DNA of 63,186 bases, the filler included, from Saprolegnia diclina VS20 (taxonomy: Eukaryota): NCBI RefSeq assembly GCF_000281045.1. It is 6 parts of 3 records of this genome, joined end to end, with 100 filler letters (N's around TTAATTAATTAA, not from the genome) between each part and the next. Parts side by side here need not be neighbours in the genome. Positions count along the whole stretch, not along the records: positions 22,551 to 31,385 come from NW_008246133.1; positions 31,486 to 54,695 come from NW_008246133.1; 4 more parts are not named here. One strand, 5' to 3'. The position numbers and the translations under genes were made by a program. The notes beneath the pieces are model-generated. The model was not told the DNA's origin, did not search any database, and saw only the letters and a program-made list of their open reading frames with translations. Below are positions 23,840-37,238 of the stretch, piece by piece (the stretch's first letter is position 1; each line of letters opens with the position of its first letter).

Positions 23840-25989
23840 CTAGCCCGTGATGACGCGCACGCCACGCCGCACGACCTTGTGCGAGATGCTATTCGTAGGC
23901 TGCTTGATAAACATCATGTTGGGCGGCAAGTTGAATTCTTTGCTGAGCCAGACAATGACCGCCGGTTCAAACCAACCGCGGACCGTGAGCACGTCCATCT
24001 TGATCTTTGTGTACAAGTTGTCAATCACTTCAACGCGCTCCTTCAGCGTCGCAATCGTCCGGAGCGCGTCCTCGGTCGGCTCGGGATACACAAACACGAA
24101 CCGAAGCCGGCTCGTGAGCTCGTTCTCACGCACATACAGCGTCACCTTGTTCATGAGCTTGAGGTCCGGCGTCTTGATGAAGAAAAAGTACTCTTGGGCC
24201 TTCACCCGCTTGATCGTGCGAATGAGCGCGGTCGCGCACGCGTGCGTCTCGCGCTCGAAATCTTCATTGTCATCGTCGTCGTCGCCGTGGTCCCCAAGGA
24301 CGTGGTGCTGCCGGTTGTGGTACACGGTGAGCATCGCGACGTCGTCGGTGTCGGTCGGTTTGGCGCCGGTATCGGTGACAACATTGACCAAAAACACACA
24401 ACAGCGCAGAATCGCGACGCGCCCGAGCATCGTAAACACAACGAGCGCGATACCGAGGACGTAGTAGAAAAAGTAGGCGAGCACGGACGGGTCCCCGAGC
24501 ACAATGCCGAGGTAGCCGACAAAAATGCACAGCGCACCGCCGAGGCAGACCCACCACGGCGCGCGGACATCCCGCGGAATGTGCTGGCGCTTGACCTTGA
24601 GCACCATGCAGCCGACCGCAAAGAGAAACATCATGGACAGGAACGAGTAGGTGTAGACGCCACCGAGGATGACGTTGTCGCCGTCAAGTAGCCACACGAG
24701 CGACGATGTGAGAAAGAAGAAGCTCAGAATGATCCAGTGCGTCGTGCCGCGCCACGCATTCTTGCGCGAGAGAAACCGAGGAAGCACGCGGTCGGTGCTG
24801 AGGCGGCGGAGGAGGCCGTTCCCACCGACGTACGCGGTCAACACCGCACCGGAAAGCACGCAAAATGCATCGACGCACACGAGCCACTTGAGCCATTCGC
24901 CGCCCGCGACCAAACCCATGTTGGCGAGTGCCGTGTTGGCGTTGTGGATAAGGCCGTTCGGGCCGTAGAGCGGCAGCACGCCCATCGAGAGGATCGAGAG
25001 CACAATGTTGAAGATCGACGAGAACACCCACATGTTGCGCATCGTCTTGCGAAAGATGCCGGGTTGCTGGTGCTCGACAAAGTTGGCCGACGTCTCGTAG
25101 CCAGTCACACCGAGCATCGACGCCGCAAAGCCAAAAAAGAGTGCCGTCCCGACGGTGCCGTCAACGACCGAGCCGACAAAGTCGACCTGCGGGTACGGCG
25201 CGTTCCAATTCTCCGTCAGAATCGTTGGGTGTTGGATCTAGAGCAATCCCAATGCGAACTGATAGACGATAGAAGCCTTAGAATGTAGGTTCGTACCGTG
25301 TAGACCAAGCTCGCGACTGCAAGGATTGAAAGCGTAATGATGTGGAAGACAAAGATGACGAGCGCAACGACCGCCGACTCGGAGAGACCGAGGAAGAAAA
25401 GTAGGGCAAACGCGCCGAGAAGGCCCACGGTGGTGCTAACGACCGGCAGCTCGGGCACGACAAACTGAAGGTAGTAGCAAGCGGATGTCCCTGAAACGAC
25501 GGCCGTCGCCGTGTACGAAAGGATGCTCAGCACGGCCGCCACCGACGCAAACCGCTTGGACGTCGTGTTCAAAAGGCAGTTGTACGAACCACCGTTGATC
25601 GGGATGGCCGTCACGACCTCTTCGTAGATGAAGCGGTACATGTAGAGCACAAAGGACACCATGACCATGCAAACTGGCGCGAGGTTCCCGGCCTTCAACG
25701 CAACGAGACCGGCCGAGTAGAGGACACTGGACATGATGTCGTTGCCACAGAGCGCTGTCGACGGCCACTCGCTCAAGAGGTGCTTGGCGCGTGCGTTGAG
25801 CTTGGCGCGAATGTCGACGAGGTCGTCGAGCGGGGGTCGAATCGTGTCTGCCTTGCGGTTGTACATGGAGGACGCGGTCGTGCCAAAGGATAAGGCTTCT
25901 GGCGGACTCTGCTGGTGTTGCAACTGGTCGAGACCCGTAAAGAGTGTGAGCTTGTGTCCTGGCGTCGGCGCGGCCTGGTACCCCGACAT
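23840..25989 (-). CDS. APC-superfamily amino-acid permease, copy 1 (intron 25238-25296)
   Basis: 'STALCGNDIMSSVLY', 'PINGGSY' and 'LGVTGYETSAN', multiple TM helices, C-terminal 'NMMFIKQP...GVRVITG'. A 59-nt GT-AG intron restores colinearity with copy 2. Confidence 0.9.
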
Positions 25990-27508
25990 GCGACTGGCTG
26001 GACCAATATGAAAATGATACGTCGGGGTGTGATGTGCTGCGGTCGCCAGGCGATGTAACGGCCGTGCCAGAAAGGCAACTTCAAAACCATCTGGTATTCT
26101 GGATCCATCGCAGCCACACACGCGACCCGTCGACAGATGTGCCCCCTCCATGTGGCAAGTGCTTATCCCACACGACAACGCGGCCAACTTGCTTCAATAT
26201 GTGGGAGCTCGAAAGGTCGTCGACACGCCAACATGCGTGCGTCGTACGGCTAAGTACGCATTGTTCTCGATGGCAAATGCTCGTAGGACGCCTCGATACA
26301 AGGCCCCCAGGCCGGAGGATCGATGCGGACTCGTTCTCACTTTGGTCGACGTCGCGTCCGTCCAGTGCTTTGCAAGGCAGGCGTCCCACGGTGCGAAGGT
26401 TCGTGGGTTTGTGGCGAGTTCGAGTTCTGTCGTGCGGCAGTAAAAACCCGAATCAGAGCCCCCAATGGCCGTAAACCACCCTAGTAGGTAGCAAGAGGGT
26501 AGCAAGCATGATGATTGACCACACACGGACGGAGAAAGGAGCGTTGAAGCAACGTTCTTGACCAAGTGCCACCACCTATATTCTTTCACTTCCACGTGAC
26601 GACCGCGGTGCGCTGACTCGTCCGGATGTCAGCGTCGCATGCGTCGCGCAGCCACGCCTCACTACTCGCCTCACTAGTATTCCACTCGCCCAGAGTATCC
26701 GAGAGACAAGGGTCTACCGCACTAGGGAGACACACTTCGACGCTACTACAATTGTAAAAGCAGTTAGCCAATAAGCAGTTTATTGACAATTACGACCTAC
26801 ATGTAGTATGTCCTTAGTAGTGTGTCCAAGCTTGCGAGAGACGTGTCACTGTGGTCGAGCGAGCGATTATTCGTGCATGTTGCACACACTTGTGCTGGCA
26901 AAAGCGCAGCTTGGCGCGCTTCCTGTTTGATGGGTATGAAGGCTAATGCCAACGAGGCTAGGATCTAGCAGATGATGCGCATGCCTGCATGAGAACTGGT
27001 GCTTGGGCCCCGCCTGCGTGCACAAGGCTATTGCCTCGTGCCAAACGTTGGGTGAGGGCGGCGACTATTGTATTTGCGGTTGGGCGGTCGCCTCATTCAA
27101 GCGCATTTGAACCTGCTTCGAGCGACGTTGACCATCACGGACTCCTCTTGCAGTTGGTTCACGAAACGATGTCGACAACGAAGGAGCAACTCGCAGCAGG
27201 CCAAGGACACTGACGCTCCTCTGGTAGAGCCAAAGGAATAAAAGACTATCCCGTAACGTTGGCGACGACGTTCTCGCAAGAACGTCGAGCCGTCGACGGT
27301 GGCGTGGTCGCTACGGTGACGGCCCGACAAGAGTACGATAGCGCGGTCTCGGTCTCGTTGTTGTGGTCATTGTAGGTAGATACAATAATGGCACCAGGGT
27401 CGATGGTGTGAACAAAAGGCAGTCGATGGCAACCAGGTTCCATGCAGTGGCGTAAATGAGGTAATGTACGATGGATTTAGATTAATGCGTAGCTACAGAG
27501 GACCGGAA

Positions 27509-29578
27509 TTAGCCCGTAATGACACGGACACCGCAGCCCGAGACCTTGTGGATCGTCGAGTTGGTGGGCTGCTTGATAAACATCATGTTGGTCGGCATGT
27601 TGTACTCCTTGCTGAGCCACATGATGGTCGGAGGGCTAAACGACGCGTGGATCGACACAAAGTCCGTCTTGATCTTGGGGTAAATCCGGTCAAAGAGCGC
27701 GACCATTTCCTTGAGCGAGTGAATGGTATCCATCGCTTCGTCCGTCACCTCGGGGTACACGTGCACGAACCGAAGCGTCGTCGTCATCTCGTTGTTGCGG
27801 ACGTACAAGATGACCTTGTTGAGCACCGTAAGGTCCGGGGACTTGACGAAGAAGACAAACGGCTGCTCCTTGATCGACTTGATGGTCTTGACGAGCAGCG
27901 TGACACGCTTGTTCTCGCGTTCAAAGAACCGAATGTTGTCTTCCTTGACGACCACGTCCATCTCGGCCGCACGACGCTCAATCTCTTCGTTGATCTCGAG
28001 CTTGGTCGCGCGCTTGTGCGGCAGCAAATTGGCCAAAAAGATCAGGCATCGGAGGACGGTCACGCGCGCCAGCATCGTGTAGACGACAAACGCAACGCCA
28101 AGCGCGTAGTAGGCAAAGTACATGAGCACTGCCGGGTCGCCGAGGAGGATGCCAAAGTACCCGATCGCAATCAGCGTCGCGCCCGAGATGCACGCCCACC
28201 ACGGCGCGTGGACGTCGCGCGGAATGTCTTGGCGCTTGATCTTGAGCATCATGCAGCCCATCGCAAAGAGAAACATGAGCGAGAGGAACGAGTAAGTGTA
28301 GACACCGCCGAGGATGACGTTGTTGCCGTTCAAGAGCAAGACGAGCGACGCTGTGAGGAGGAAGAAGCCAAAAATGATCCAGTGGTTGGTACGGCGCCAC
28401 TTGTTCTCAGCCGCAAAGAACGCCGGCATGACGCGGTCGGACGAGAGACGGCGCACGAGACCGTTGATACCCACGTAGGACGTCAAGACAGCGCCAGACA
28501 AAACGACAAACGCATCGATCGAGACGATCCACGCGAGCCAGTTGCCGGCCGCAACTTGGGCCATGTTGGCCAGCACCGTGTTGGCGTTGGCTTGAAGGCC
28601 CGATGGTCCATAAATTGGGAGCACGCCCATCGAGAGGATCGAGAGCGTAATGTTGTAAAACGACGAGAACGCCCACATGTTGCGCAGCGTCTTGCGGAAG
28701 ACGCCGGGCTGCTGCTGCTCGACAAAGTTGGCCGACGATTCGAACCCCGTCACGCCCAGCATCGACGCCGAAAAGCCAAAGAAAATGGCCGTAAACACGT
28801 TGCCGTCAATCACCGACCCGACAAAGTCGACGTGCGGGTATGCCGAATGGTAGTTGTCCTTGATCACGTCGGGATTCTGGATCGTGTGGATGAGCGACGC
28901 GACAACGAGGATCGAGAGCGTGATGATGTGGAAGCTAAAGATGATCAGCGCGACGATCGACGACTCAGCAATGCCAATGAGCACGAGGAGCGCAAAGAAG
29001 CCGAGTAGCCCAATCGTTGTGCCCACGACCGGCAGCGACGGGACTGAGTACTGCAGGTAGTAGCACGCCGAGGTTCCCGAGACAACGGCCGTCGCCGTGT
29101 ACGCGAGGATGCTCAGCACGGCCGCAAACGACGCAAAGCGCTTCGACGTCGTGTTGAGGAGGCAGTTGTACGACCCGCCATTCATCGGGATCGCCGTCAC
29201 GACCTCTTCGTAGATAAAGCGGAACATGTACAAGATGAGCGAGATCATGCACATGCAGATGGGCGCAAGCTTCCCGGCCTTCAACGAGACGATACCGGAC
29301 GAGTACATGACGCTCGACATGATGTCGTTGCCGCAGATCGCCGTCGAGGGCCACTCGCCGAGAAGGTGCTTGGGCTTCTCGAGGTCGTCGCGGATCGCGT
29401 TGAGCTCGTCGGTCGGCGGCGTGACGTTCTCGTGCTTCCCGAGCTCTTCCTGGTAGATGAAGGACGGGCCGGTCGCCATGCTCTCGGCAACCGTGATCTG
29501 GAAGACGCGCTTCCGCGTCGTCGGCGGCGGCGCGACCGCGGGGCTCGCCAGCGCTGCGTACTCGGTGCTGCTGTCCAT
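27509..29578 (-). CDS. APC-superfamily amino-acid permease, copy 2 (intronless)
   Basis: 689-aa ORF with 'STAICGNDIMSSVMY', 'PMNGGSY' and 'LGVTGFESSAN'; clear paralogue of copy 1. Confidence 0.93.
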   Translation of the reverse strand: MDSSTEYAALASPAVAPPPTTRKRVFQITVAESMATGPSFIYQEELGKHENVTPPTDELNAIRDDLEKPKHLLGEWPSTAICGNDIMSSVMYSSGIVSLKAGKLAPICMCMISLILYMFRFIYEEVVTAIPMNGGSYNCLLNTTSKRFASFAAVLSILAYTATAVVSGTSACYYLQYSVPSLPVVGTTIGLLGFFALLVLIGIAESSIVALIIFSFHIITLSILVVASLIHTIQNPDVIKDNYHSAYPHVDFVGSVIDGNVFTAIFFGFSASMLGVTGFESSANFVEQQQPGVFRKTLRNMWAFSSFYNITLSILSMGVLPIYGPSGLQANANTVLANMAQVAAGNWLAWIVSIDAFVVLSGAVLTSYVGINGLVRRLSSDRVMPAFFAAENKWRRTNHWIIFGFFLLTASLVLLLNGNNVILGGVYTYSFLSLMFLFAMGCMMLKIKRQDIPRDVHAPWWACISGATLIAIGYFGILLGDPAVLMYFAYYALGVAFVVYTMLARVTVLRCLIFLANLLPHKRATKLEINEEIERRAAEMDVVVKEDNIRFFERENKRVTLLVKTIKSIKEQPFVFFVKSPDLTVLNKVILYVRNNEMTTTLRFVHVYPEVTDEAMDTIHSLKEMVALFDRIYPKIKTDFVSIHASFSPPTIMWLSKEYNMPTNMMFIKQPTNSTIHKVSGCGVRVITG

Positions 29579-29597
29579 GGCGCTTGAGAAGGAGCTG

Positions 29598-29614
29598 GCA
29601 AATTGGCAAGTGAA
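29598..29614 (-). promoter_or_regulatory. Oomycete Inr+FPR core promoter of APC permease copy 2
   Basis: Minus strand TTCACTTGCCAATTTGC fits the oomycete YCAYTY..+MWTTTNC element, ~20-35 nt upstream of the ATG. Confidence 0.55.
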
Positions 29615-31290
29615 CGAGTGAAACGACCTCCAGTGCTACCGAGGGACCTCGCCAAGTGCACCAACGACTTGGTTCTTGTATGCAAGATCGCGACGGCGCG
29701 ACTCACGCGTTGACCTTTTATACGGAGAACAGATTTTTTCAGGTCGTTTCTCATATTAATATATCGTTTGCATACAAAAAGAAAATGATTTGAGTAGACG
29801 TGTGTATTGTATTGCAGCCCACTAAGATTCCATAGATATTATTTTGCTCACGCGCTAGAATGCAGGAGGTCCTGCGACGACGATAACGACGACGCTTGGC
29901 CGTCCTCCGTGCCCTGGGACACTGTCTCGACGCCCGGTACCTCGGCACCAAACTAGCGCAGAGAACGACTCGGATAAGGACTGTACTTTAGTTTGAAATC
30001 ATGTCTCCCATGCACCATGATCATCATGCTCGCAAGGACCGCGCTGGTGGTGCCGCAGCGGGTGGAGATTTTTTTGGCGACCAATGAAAAGCAGTGGCAT
30101 CATTTTGAGCGATGCGGATTGGTCCGTCGAATAAATGCTCCACCACTCATTATGCGCACGACGACAGAATGCATGAGGTGCTGTCACATATTGGCACCCG
30201 GTGGCCCGCTCACCCCAATCGAATATTTACATCGCAGCGCCACATCACACGCCCGCCACATCGCCAAGCGCACCTATACAACGGCTGCCACCTGTGACTG
30301 AATTCCGCGGATGCAAAGCTCCAGGGCCGTCCATTCCAGGCCTCCAATAGGACAGTGGGTGCATCACCCTGTGCAGCACCCACAGCGTTCGGATCGACAG
30401 CCACAAATCGTTGAAGCTGCTCTGGCCTCACGCCGGTCAGATTCATCGGGCCAGGGATCTCTTTTGCAGTCCACTTTGGTTCATACAACTGCTTCATATG
30501 CAGCACGGGATGTGAGGTTGACAAATCCGAGGATTTTGTGCTTGCAGCACTTCCGAGCAGCGGGATGTGTTGCACGGGGAATAGCACCATGGTTTTGATT
30601 CGTACAGTAGCGTTGCAGATGCTTTGATTGTACACTGGGTAGCGTACACTAATCGGAGGCCTACTTCCGAGCTTGCCACGGATCCATGCGTGCTTCAGTG
30701 TCACCGACTGAGAACGACGCAGGTGCGCTTGCCACGTCATGGCGGTTTCACGCGATGGACCAATTTCGGTCACAATGGTGGCCACGGATTCGCGTCAAGT
30801 GGGACGCCAGGCGTCTTAGATAAATGAGATAAGATATGGATGGAAATCTTTACCGTATACACAGACTAAAGACACCTACCAAGACTTATGTACTAGATGC
30901 GTGTTGAACGTCGGCGGCCAAAAGCTCTTCAACTTGCACGAGTTCCTCGGCCGGCAGTACATCATGCCTTCCGTCGTCGGGATGCGCGTACGAGGTACAG
31001 TCGTCGGTGCGAGTTTGGACAAATGATCCGTGGCTTGGTTGAATTCGCGAGCATGCTGTCGCCGCGCACCGTGAGATGCGTCACTGCCAGTCGCTGAGCT
31101 AACGTTAACTGGAGCGCCGTGGTCAGACCGTCGTACTCGGCCTCGTTGTTCGCTGTTGTTGAAGTGAGTCTATTTAGTATATGACAAATTAGAATGAAAA
31201 GGCTGGTGAGAGGTGGTTTCTAGTCAATACTAGTAGTATATTATGGCACACGACAACGACACACTGTCTAAAAGGTTGATATGACTCAAT

Positions 31291-31385
31291 TTAGCCCGTG
31301 ATGATGCGCACGCCGCAGCACGAGACGCCCTTGGCGTCCATCGTCGTCGGCTGCTTGATGAACATCATGTTGGTCGGCATCTGGT
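31291..31385 (-). CDS. APC permease copy 3, C-terminal fragment truncated by assembly gap
   Basis: Translates QMPTNMMFIKQPTTMDAKGVSCCGVRIITG*, matching the C-termini of copies 1 and 2. Absent from the ORF track. Confidence 0.85.
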
Positions 31386-31485
31386 NNNNNNNNNNNNNNN
31401 NNNNNNNNNNNNNNNNNNNNNNNNNNNNNTTAATTAATTAANNNNNNNNNNNNNNNNNNNNNNNNNNNNNNNNNNNNNNNNNNNN
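31386..31485. other. Assembly gap/linker
   Basis: N44-TTAATTAATTAA-N44. Confidence 0.98.
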
Positions 31486-31534
31486 GGACGCGCCACTTTA
31501 AAACGTCGCATCATCATCATTCGACCTGCATCCG

Positions 31535-32954
31535 ATGACGAGCGCGGATGATGCTGCGCTCCTGGCGCTCTTGACGGGCGACGACGTCCTGACGCTGCAC
31601 AGCGACGAGAGCTCGCACGCGGCCAACGACAGCGACGACGTCCTCGAGGTGGTCGACGACGACAACGTGGACGTCCATGATCTCTCTGCCTTTCTTGCCG
31701 AGCTGCCCGCCTTTGGCCCAGTCCCAGCCGCGCCGACAAAGAAGCGCCGCGCGCACGACGGGCCCAAGGAAGAGATAGCCTACTTGCGTCAAAAGCAACT
31801 CGCCCTCGCGACGCAGCTCGTGCGGCTCACGCAGGCCACGAGCATCGTCGACTCGGACAATGGCGCGTGGCAGCGGCGCGCCGTCAACCAACAGCACGCG
31901 GTGCAGCGAGCGCTTCAAGAAAACGCACGCTTGCGCGAGCTCCTCGAGGGCCAGCTCAAGCTGGTCCAAGCCCTCGAGCGCGTGCTCATCAAGCGGCCGC
32001 GGCTCTCGCTTTTTCCCAAATGCTCGGCGCTCGACGCCGTCTTGGGTATCGCGGAGCGGGAAGCGTCTTTGGAAGCGCTCTTCCAGGCGCAGTACGACAC
32101 GCTCGAGATGCACTGGGTGCGTCACGGCCTCTTTCAGTACACTGACAGTGGTGACGCGACACGCAAGGCCAACATTGAGAGCTTGGCATTTGGTGGTACA
32201 ATGCACCTCAATTCGCTCCTTGGGACGCCCTGCTCGCTTCCTTTTATGGCCTTGAGCGACATTCTCTGGGACCTCATGACGAACGAGGTGGCGCCGTCGT
32301 GCCAGGTACGGTGCTTGTCTCGATACCTCTCAACCAGGACGTGGGCTCGTAGCTTCTCGAAGAATTTCATCCGCAGCTGCGCTATCTCCGGTGCGACCTG
32401 TCGTTGTCGTCGCATGGTTGACTCATGTCGTGCGTTGCGCCATAGCTACGACATGGAACTGCACGATTCCAAGCTCCCGACTCTCGAGTCGCGGCTCGCC
32501 CACCGGCGCTTCAACGAGCCAAACCGCGTCGTGCTATTGACGCGCTCGATCGTCGACGATGGTGTATTCCCGCACACGCCAGGCCACTTGATCGAGAACC
32601 GAGCCACGTGGTATACTCGCTCCGCACCGAGAAGCCGTCCCAACAAATGACACGTGTAGGTCGGTCATCTCGTATAAAGGCCCCAACGAGTGCTACTTGG
32701 CAGTGTACGTGAACGTCGCGCTGCCCATCTTCCCCGTCGATATTGAAGCGATGCAGCCGGCCGCGGGGACGCTCACCGAGCTCCTTTTACAGCTCACGGC
32801 GTCCAACAGCGAGCGCTTTGGCGCGCGTGTCCAAGACGCCATTCGTACGCGGCACCCCCACACGGTCCTTGGCCCACGTCCGAGTCTCTTGATGCATGGA
32901 GACAATGCCAGGGCGACCATGCTGTTGCCGCAGCCCGACGCCAAAAATGTTTAA
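31535..32954 (+). CDS. Basic/zipper + START-like family, array copy 1 (4 exons)
   Basis: 'LSAFLA..PAFG', 'KKRR...PKEEIAYLRQKQLAL', 'WQRRA..Q...QRALQENARL', 'RVVLLTRS' and 'LTELLL'. Introns 32306-32352, 32391-32445, plus one within the conserved W codon. Confidence 0.85.
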
Positions 32955-32981
32955 AAATGCTGTTTGAGGTCGATACATGTA

Positions 32982-34220
32982 TTAATGTTCTGTCAGCGCG
33001 TTTTGTGTCGACTTGTACGCGATAATGGCATCGCGGATGCGCGATCCAAATTTTTCGCCGTTTTCTTTTGACATTTGCAAGAGGAGCTCTGTGAGCGTGC
33101 CGACCGCGGGCTGCGCCGACTCGTCGTCGATATGCATACTTGGCGTCGTCATGGTGCCGTAGACAGCCAACATGCTCTCGTCGGGCGACTTGCGGTGCGT
33201 GACCGACCTAGTGTCGACATGACAAATTGTCCACAGGACGATTTTGAAACGCCTACCACCCGAAACGGTTCTCGACCAGATTGCCGCGGCTGTGCGGCAG
33301 CAGCTTGTCGTCCAGGATCGTGTGCCATGCGATAATGACGCGGTCCGATTGCATCCATCGACGGTAGACCACACGGGCCTCGAGAGTCGGCATTGTCGGG
33401 TCCGGGAGGTCGCCAAAGTGTCTACAAAACTGTCAACATTAAACTAAACCATGGGCGTATACTTGACGTAAATAAGGTCGGGATGGTAGACCTCAAGGAC
33501 CTCGCTGCGTTTCGAGCGCAACTTGGTCGTCATGTGCTCCCACGTCAAGTTGGCCATCGCAATGTAGTCCAGAGGAATGTGCGTGCAATGGACAAAGTGC
33601 AAGGTCATATTTTCCTGGCCTTTCGTTTCGACGTGCGAGCGCAAGACAGCTTCGTTGGCCTCGACAGCGTCAAACAAGCCGTGCCGGATCCACGCGGTCT
33701 CGAGCTTCTCGAGCTGGTGCTGCATGAGGGCCTCCAGGCTGGCTTCGCGATCGAGTACGTCGAGGACGCCGTGCTTCCACTGTGCATCAGCCATGGTTGG
33801 GAACGTCGACAGCCGAGGCTTCTTGGCAATGACACGCTGGAGCGCCTCGAGCACCTTGAGCTGATCTTCGAGCATGGCCTTGAGTCGCAGGTTCTCTTGG
33901 CGCGACCGCTGCGCCGCACGGGCTTGTTCCAACGCCCGGCCTTTCCACGGATCGTCGGTCGGCACCAGCGCCTGTCGCTCTTGGAGCGTGTGTAGCTGTC
34001 GCGTGAGGTACCGGTGTTTGGACTGGAGGTACTCGATCTCTTCCTTTGGGTTGCCGGCCAAGCGGCGCTTCATTTGGCGCGTCTCGCGCGTCGCGCTGTC
34101 GTCCGACGAGACCTCGGGCGACGCAAAGTCGGTCGTGCGCGAGAGGAAGGCCGCCATCGTTTCGATCGTCGCCGCATCGTCTTGCAGAAGAGCGAGCACC
34201 TCGGCCATGTCGTCGCCCAT
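32982..34220 (-). CDS. Basic/zipper + START-like family, copy 2 (lacks intron 1)
   Basis: 'MAAFLSRTTDF', 'PKEEIEYLQSKH', 'WKGRALEQA...QENLRL', 'RVIIAWHT' and 'VGTLTELLL'. Confidence 0.85.
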
Positions 34221-34846
34221 GTAGCGTGATGATGCGCGTTGAAAAATGTGGTACCATCACTCTGCCGTAACACACTCGAAGACGTCCGAAGCCAGCCGCC
34301 GCCACCCGATGTTGGCGCCAAAAACCAACATCGCACCAGCTCCGAGTGAATGATGACGGTGTGTTGCTACCTGCTGCTTGGTCACGGTCGCACAATTCGA
34401 CAATGGCCTATCAACAGCGCTGGTGGTCGCTGCCGAGTGCATGGCGCGGCTATGTCGCCAGCGCACCGCGTCCATGTCGTACTGGACCTCGGGTCGCGGC
34501 ATCCACGACAAATGCAGCAGGCTGCCTCACTGCGCTACAGCCGGCAGCGCGTGCAGTACACGAAGGTGTTTGCCTTGTTGCGCGCTACTGCATTCGTCTA
34601 CCACCACGACAAGGCGACAACGCGCAACTAAAGAACGCGACGAGGCTGCGTACCAAGTCATAGCGCTACAGTCTTGCAGTGTCTCTCTACGTGGCGTTGA
34701 CATCCTCTCGGCCTCTGCCGCAGCGTTGGCTCGATCGACGCTCTTTCCAGCCAAGTGCAATGTGGCCTTTCCCGGTTTTCTAAAAATAGACGGCTGAAAC
34801 CTTTCACCATCAATAAAATATCGGCTTTTAGAGAATTGATACCGGC

Positions 34847-36101
34847 ATGGCACACGACAGCACGGACGTCTGGCGCCTCCTCGAGGTGTCGGCCGACGAC
34901 AGTGCGTTCCTTGCGTCATTAGCGGGCGCCGATGCGCCTCGCCCAAACCGGAAGCGCAAGACGCTCAAGTCGGAGATCGACTACCTGCGGGCCAAGCAGG
35001 TCGAGCTAAGCACCGAGCTGGCGCAGCTCCAAGGTCGCATCACCGCGATTCCGCGTGATGCCATTTGGCAGCGGCGCGCCTACGACCAGGCGATGGGCGC
35101 GCACCGCGCACTCCAAGAACGCGCGCAGCTTCAGGACGCCGTGCAGCAGCAGCTGCAGCAGCTGCACGCGCTCGAAGACGAATTTGTCGTGTCGGCCAAG
35201 CGCACCAAGATGGCACCGCCTAGCGTCCTGCAGCAAGAGGCCGTTCTGAACGCGAACGACCGCGAGGCTGCCCTGGAAGCGCTCCTGCAGCGCCAGCTTG
35301 AGAAACTCGATTCCGAGTGGGTGCGCCACCGCATCTACGATGCGGTGGACGCGAACGCGGTGCTGCAGAGCTCGCACTTGGAACCTCACGACGATACCGT
35401 CCTCCTTCGGTTTCTGCGCTGCGAACCGTATACGCTACCGTCCGATACGATGGCGTCGGTGCTCTGGACGCATCTCACACAGCGGTCGCCGCCGCCTGGC
35501 CACGTCTGCCGAACTATGAAAGAAGATCGCTCATCATGTGTTGCATAGGACGCCGAGACGTTTCACGCCGATCTCGCCTACACCAGGTGCGCTATCGATC
35601 CCAGCGCTCTCTGCCTACACATTCTAGGCAGAGAGCACTAGTCAAAGCACTTGCAGGCTCTAACTTTTTGACAACTAGGCAAGATTCGATCCTGGAGCTG
35701 CCATCCCGCCCAACGCTCGAGTCGCGCTTGGCATGCCGCCGGTGGACACAGAAAGGCCGGACGGTCATTGCATGGCGCTCGATTCTTTGCGACGCGCACA
35801 AGCCACACGACCCCAGTCACTTGATCGAGAACGCGTGGGGCTGGTACGTCCCTGCCATAGCTGCGGCTGCTGACAACTACGGTACCGATGACATAGGGCG
35901 GTGGCATATCCACGAGGCCCGGACGCGAGCTACTTTGCAGTGTTTTTGAGCATGACGGCGCCGCTCTCATCGTCGTCGTCGACGCAGCACGCGGACGACG
36001 TTGGCCTTCTCACGGAGCTCCTTTTGAAAATCACACAAGACAACCGCGAACAAGTCACAGCATTTGTCCATCAAGCCGCACAACGCGCCGCGCCATCGTG
36101 A
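34847..36101 (+). CDS. Basic/zipper + START-like family, copy 3
   Basis: 'RKRKTLKSEIDYLRAKQ', 'WQRRAYDQA', 'RTVIAWRS' and 'VGLLTELLL'; 38-nt exon 2. Confidence 0.85.
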
Positions 36102-37238
36102 GAGATGTTGTACCGGATAGCCCTAAACCTTAAACAATCGTACTCGTGGCAACTGGCGCGACCGTTGCCCACCATCGCCACATCCCTTTCCGAGCGAAAA
36201 TTGCGTCATGAGCGTGTTTGTTATGCATGCCGTTTGGTGTTTGGCGCATCTCGGTGGTACCATCATCCGTTTTTGTGCAGCATGAACGATGTGACGGGAT
36301 ATTTACATCATGCAAAATCGGGTTTTCTGAAAAGAATCACAAGGCAATAGAAATCCAAAGTTAGTTTGGTTTCTCACGAGTTGTTTCAATGTACTAGTAC
36401 AAAGTGGACCACAGAGTCCCAATGCCCATGCACTGTATCGTGTTTCGTTGGTTCTATTCTCGCGACTTCGGCCGACGCACGCACATCGTGCGGGGCTGGT
36501 AACGATGTGTTGCGGCACCGGTTCACCAAGGCGTCCCTACGTTAACGGTGTGGCTCAATTTCTATGCATCCGAGACCGCGTACAACTGCGGACGCTGACA
36601 CGACGCAGAGTCAGCAAAAATGATGCTACGACCGACACCCACCCACAACAGCCCCACCTTTCCCACCCAGTAATTGCGCATACCGGCGAACGCTGCTTTC
36701 CAATGCGGGTACATCTCGCAATCGCCCGACAGGCCCTCGTGGCGACCTTCGTGGCAGTGCCAAATCGAGTCACCGCGCTATCCTTTATCCAGAAAAGCTA
36801 TCCATTTTTTTTAAATATTCCGTTTTAGCGCGCCGTAATCGTTGGACCGCGATGACTATGCTTGTAAAACATAGTAACGCGAAATTGAATATGATATGTC
36901 CTCTGCTCAAGCCCGAAACAAGCATTTTCTCACGCGTCAAACGGTCGATGGCAGTGCACTGCCTCCGTCATGTGCGTAGCGTTCTCACCACATCCTGGCG
37001 TTGAACCGTCAACACGGTATTGAAGAAGTTATCTTACTGTCACTATACCGTCGGGACATCAATTCGAGTTGTCACCCAAAGAGTGAACACCGGCGTCGAA
37101 CGAAGGATTACGCTCATTCGAAGAAGCGTAACTTGTCGTACGTGTTGGCTTGTATCTCCTAAACATACTGACCTCAAAGCAACCAAAAGCATGCGCTCCA
37201 TGTGCGGTTGATCGCATGCCACTTTGCGTTTTCCCACC

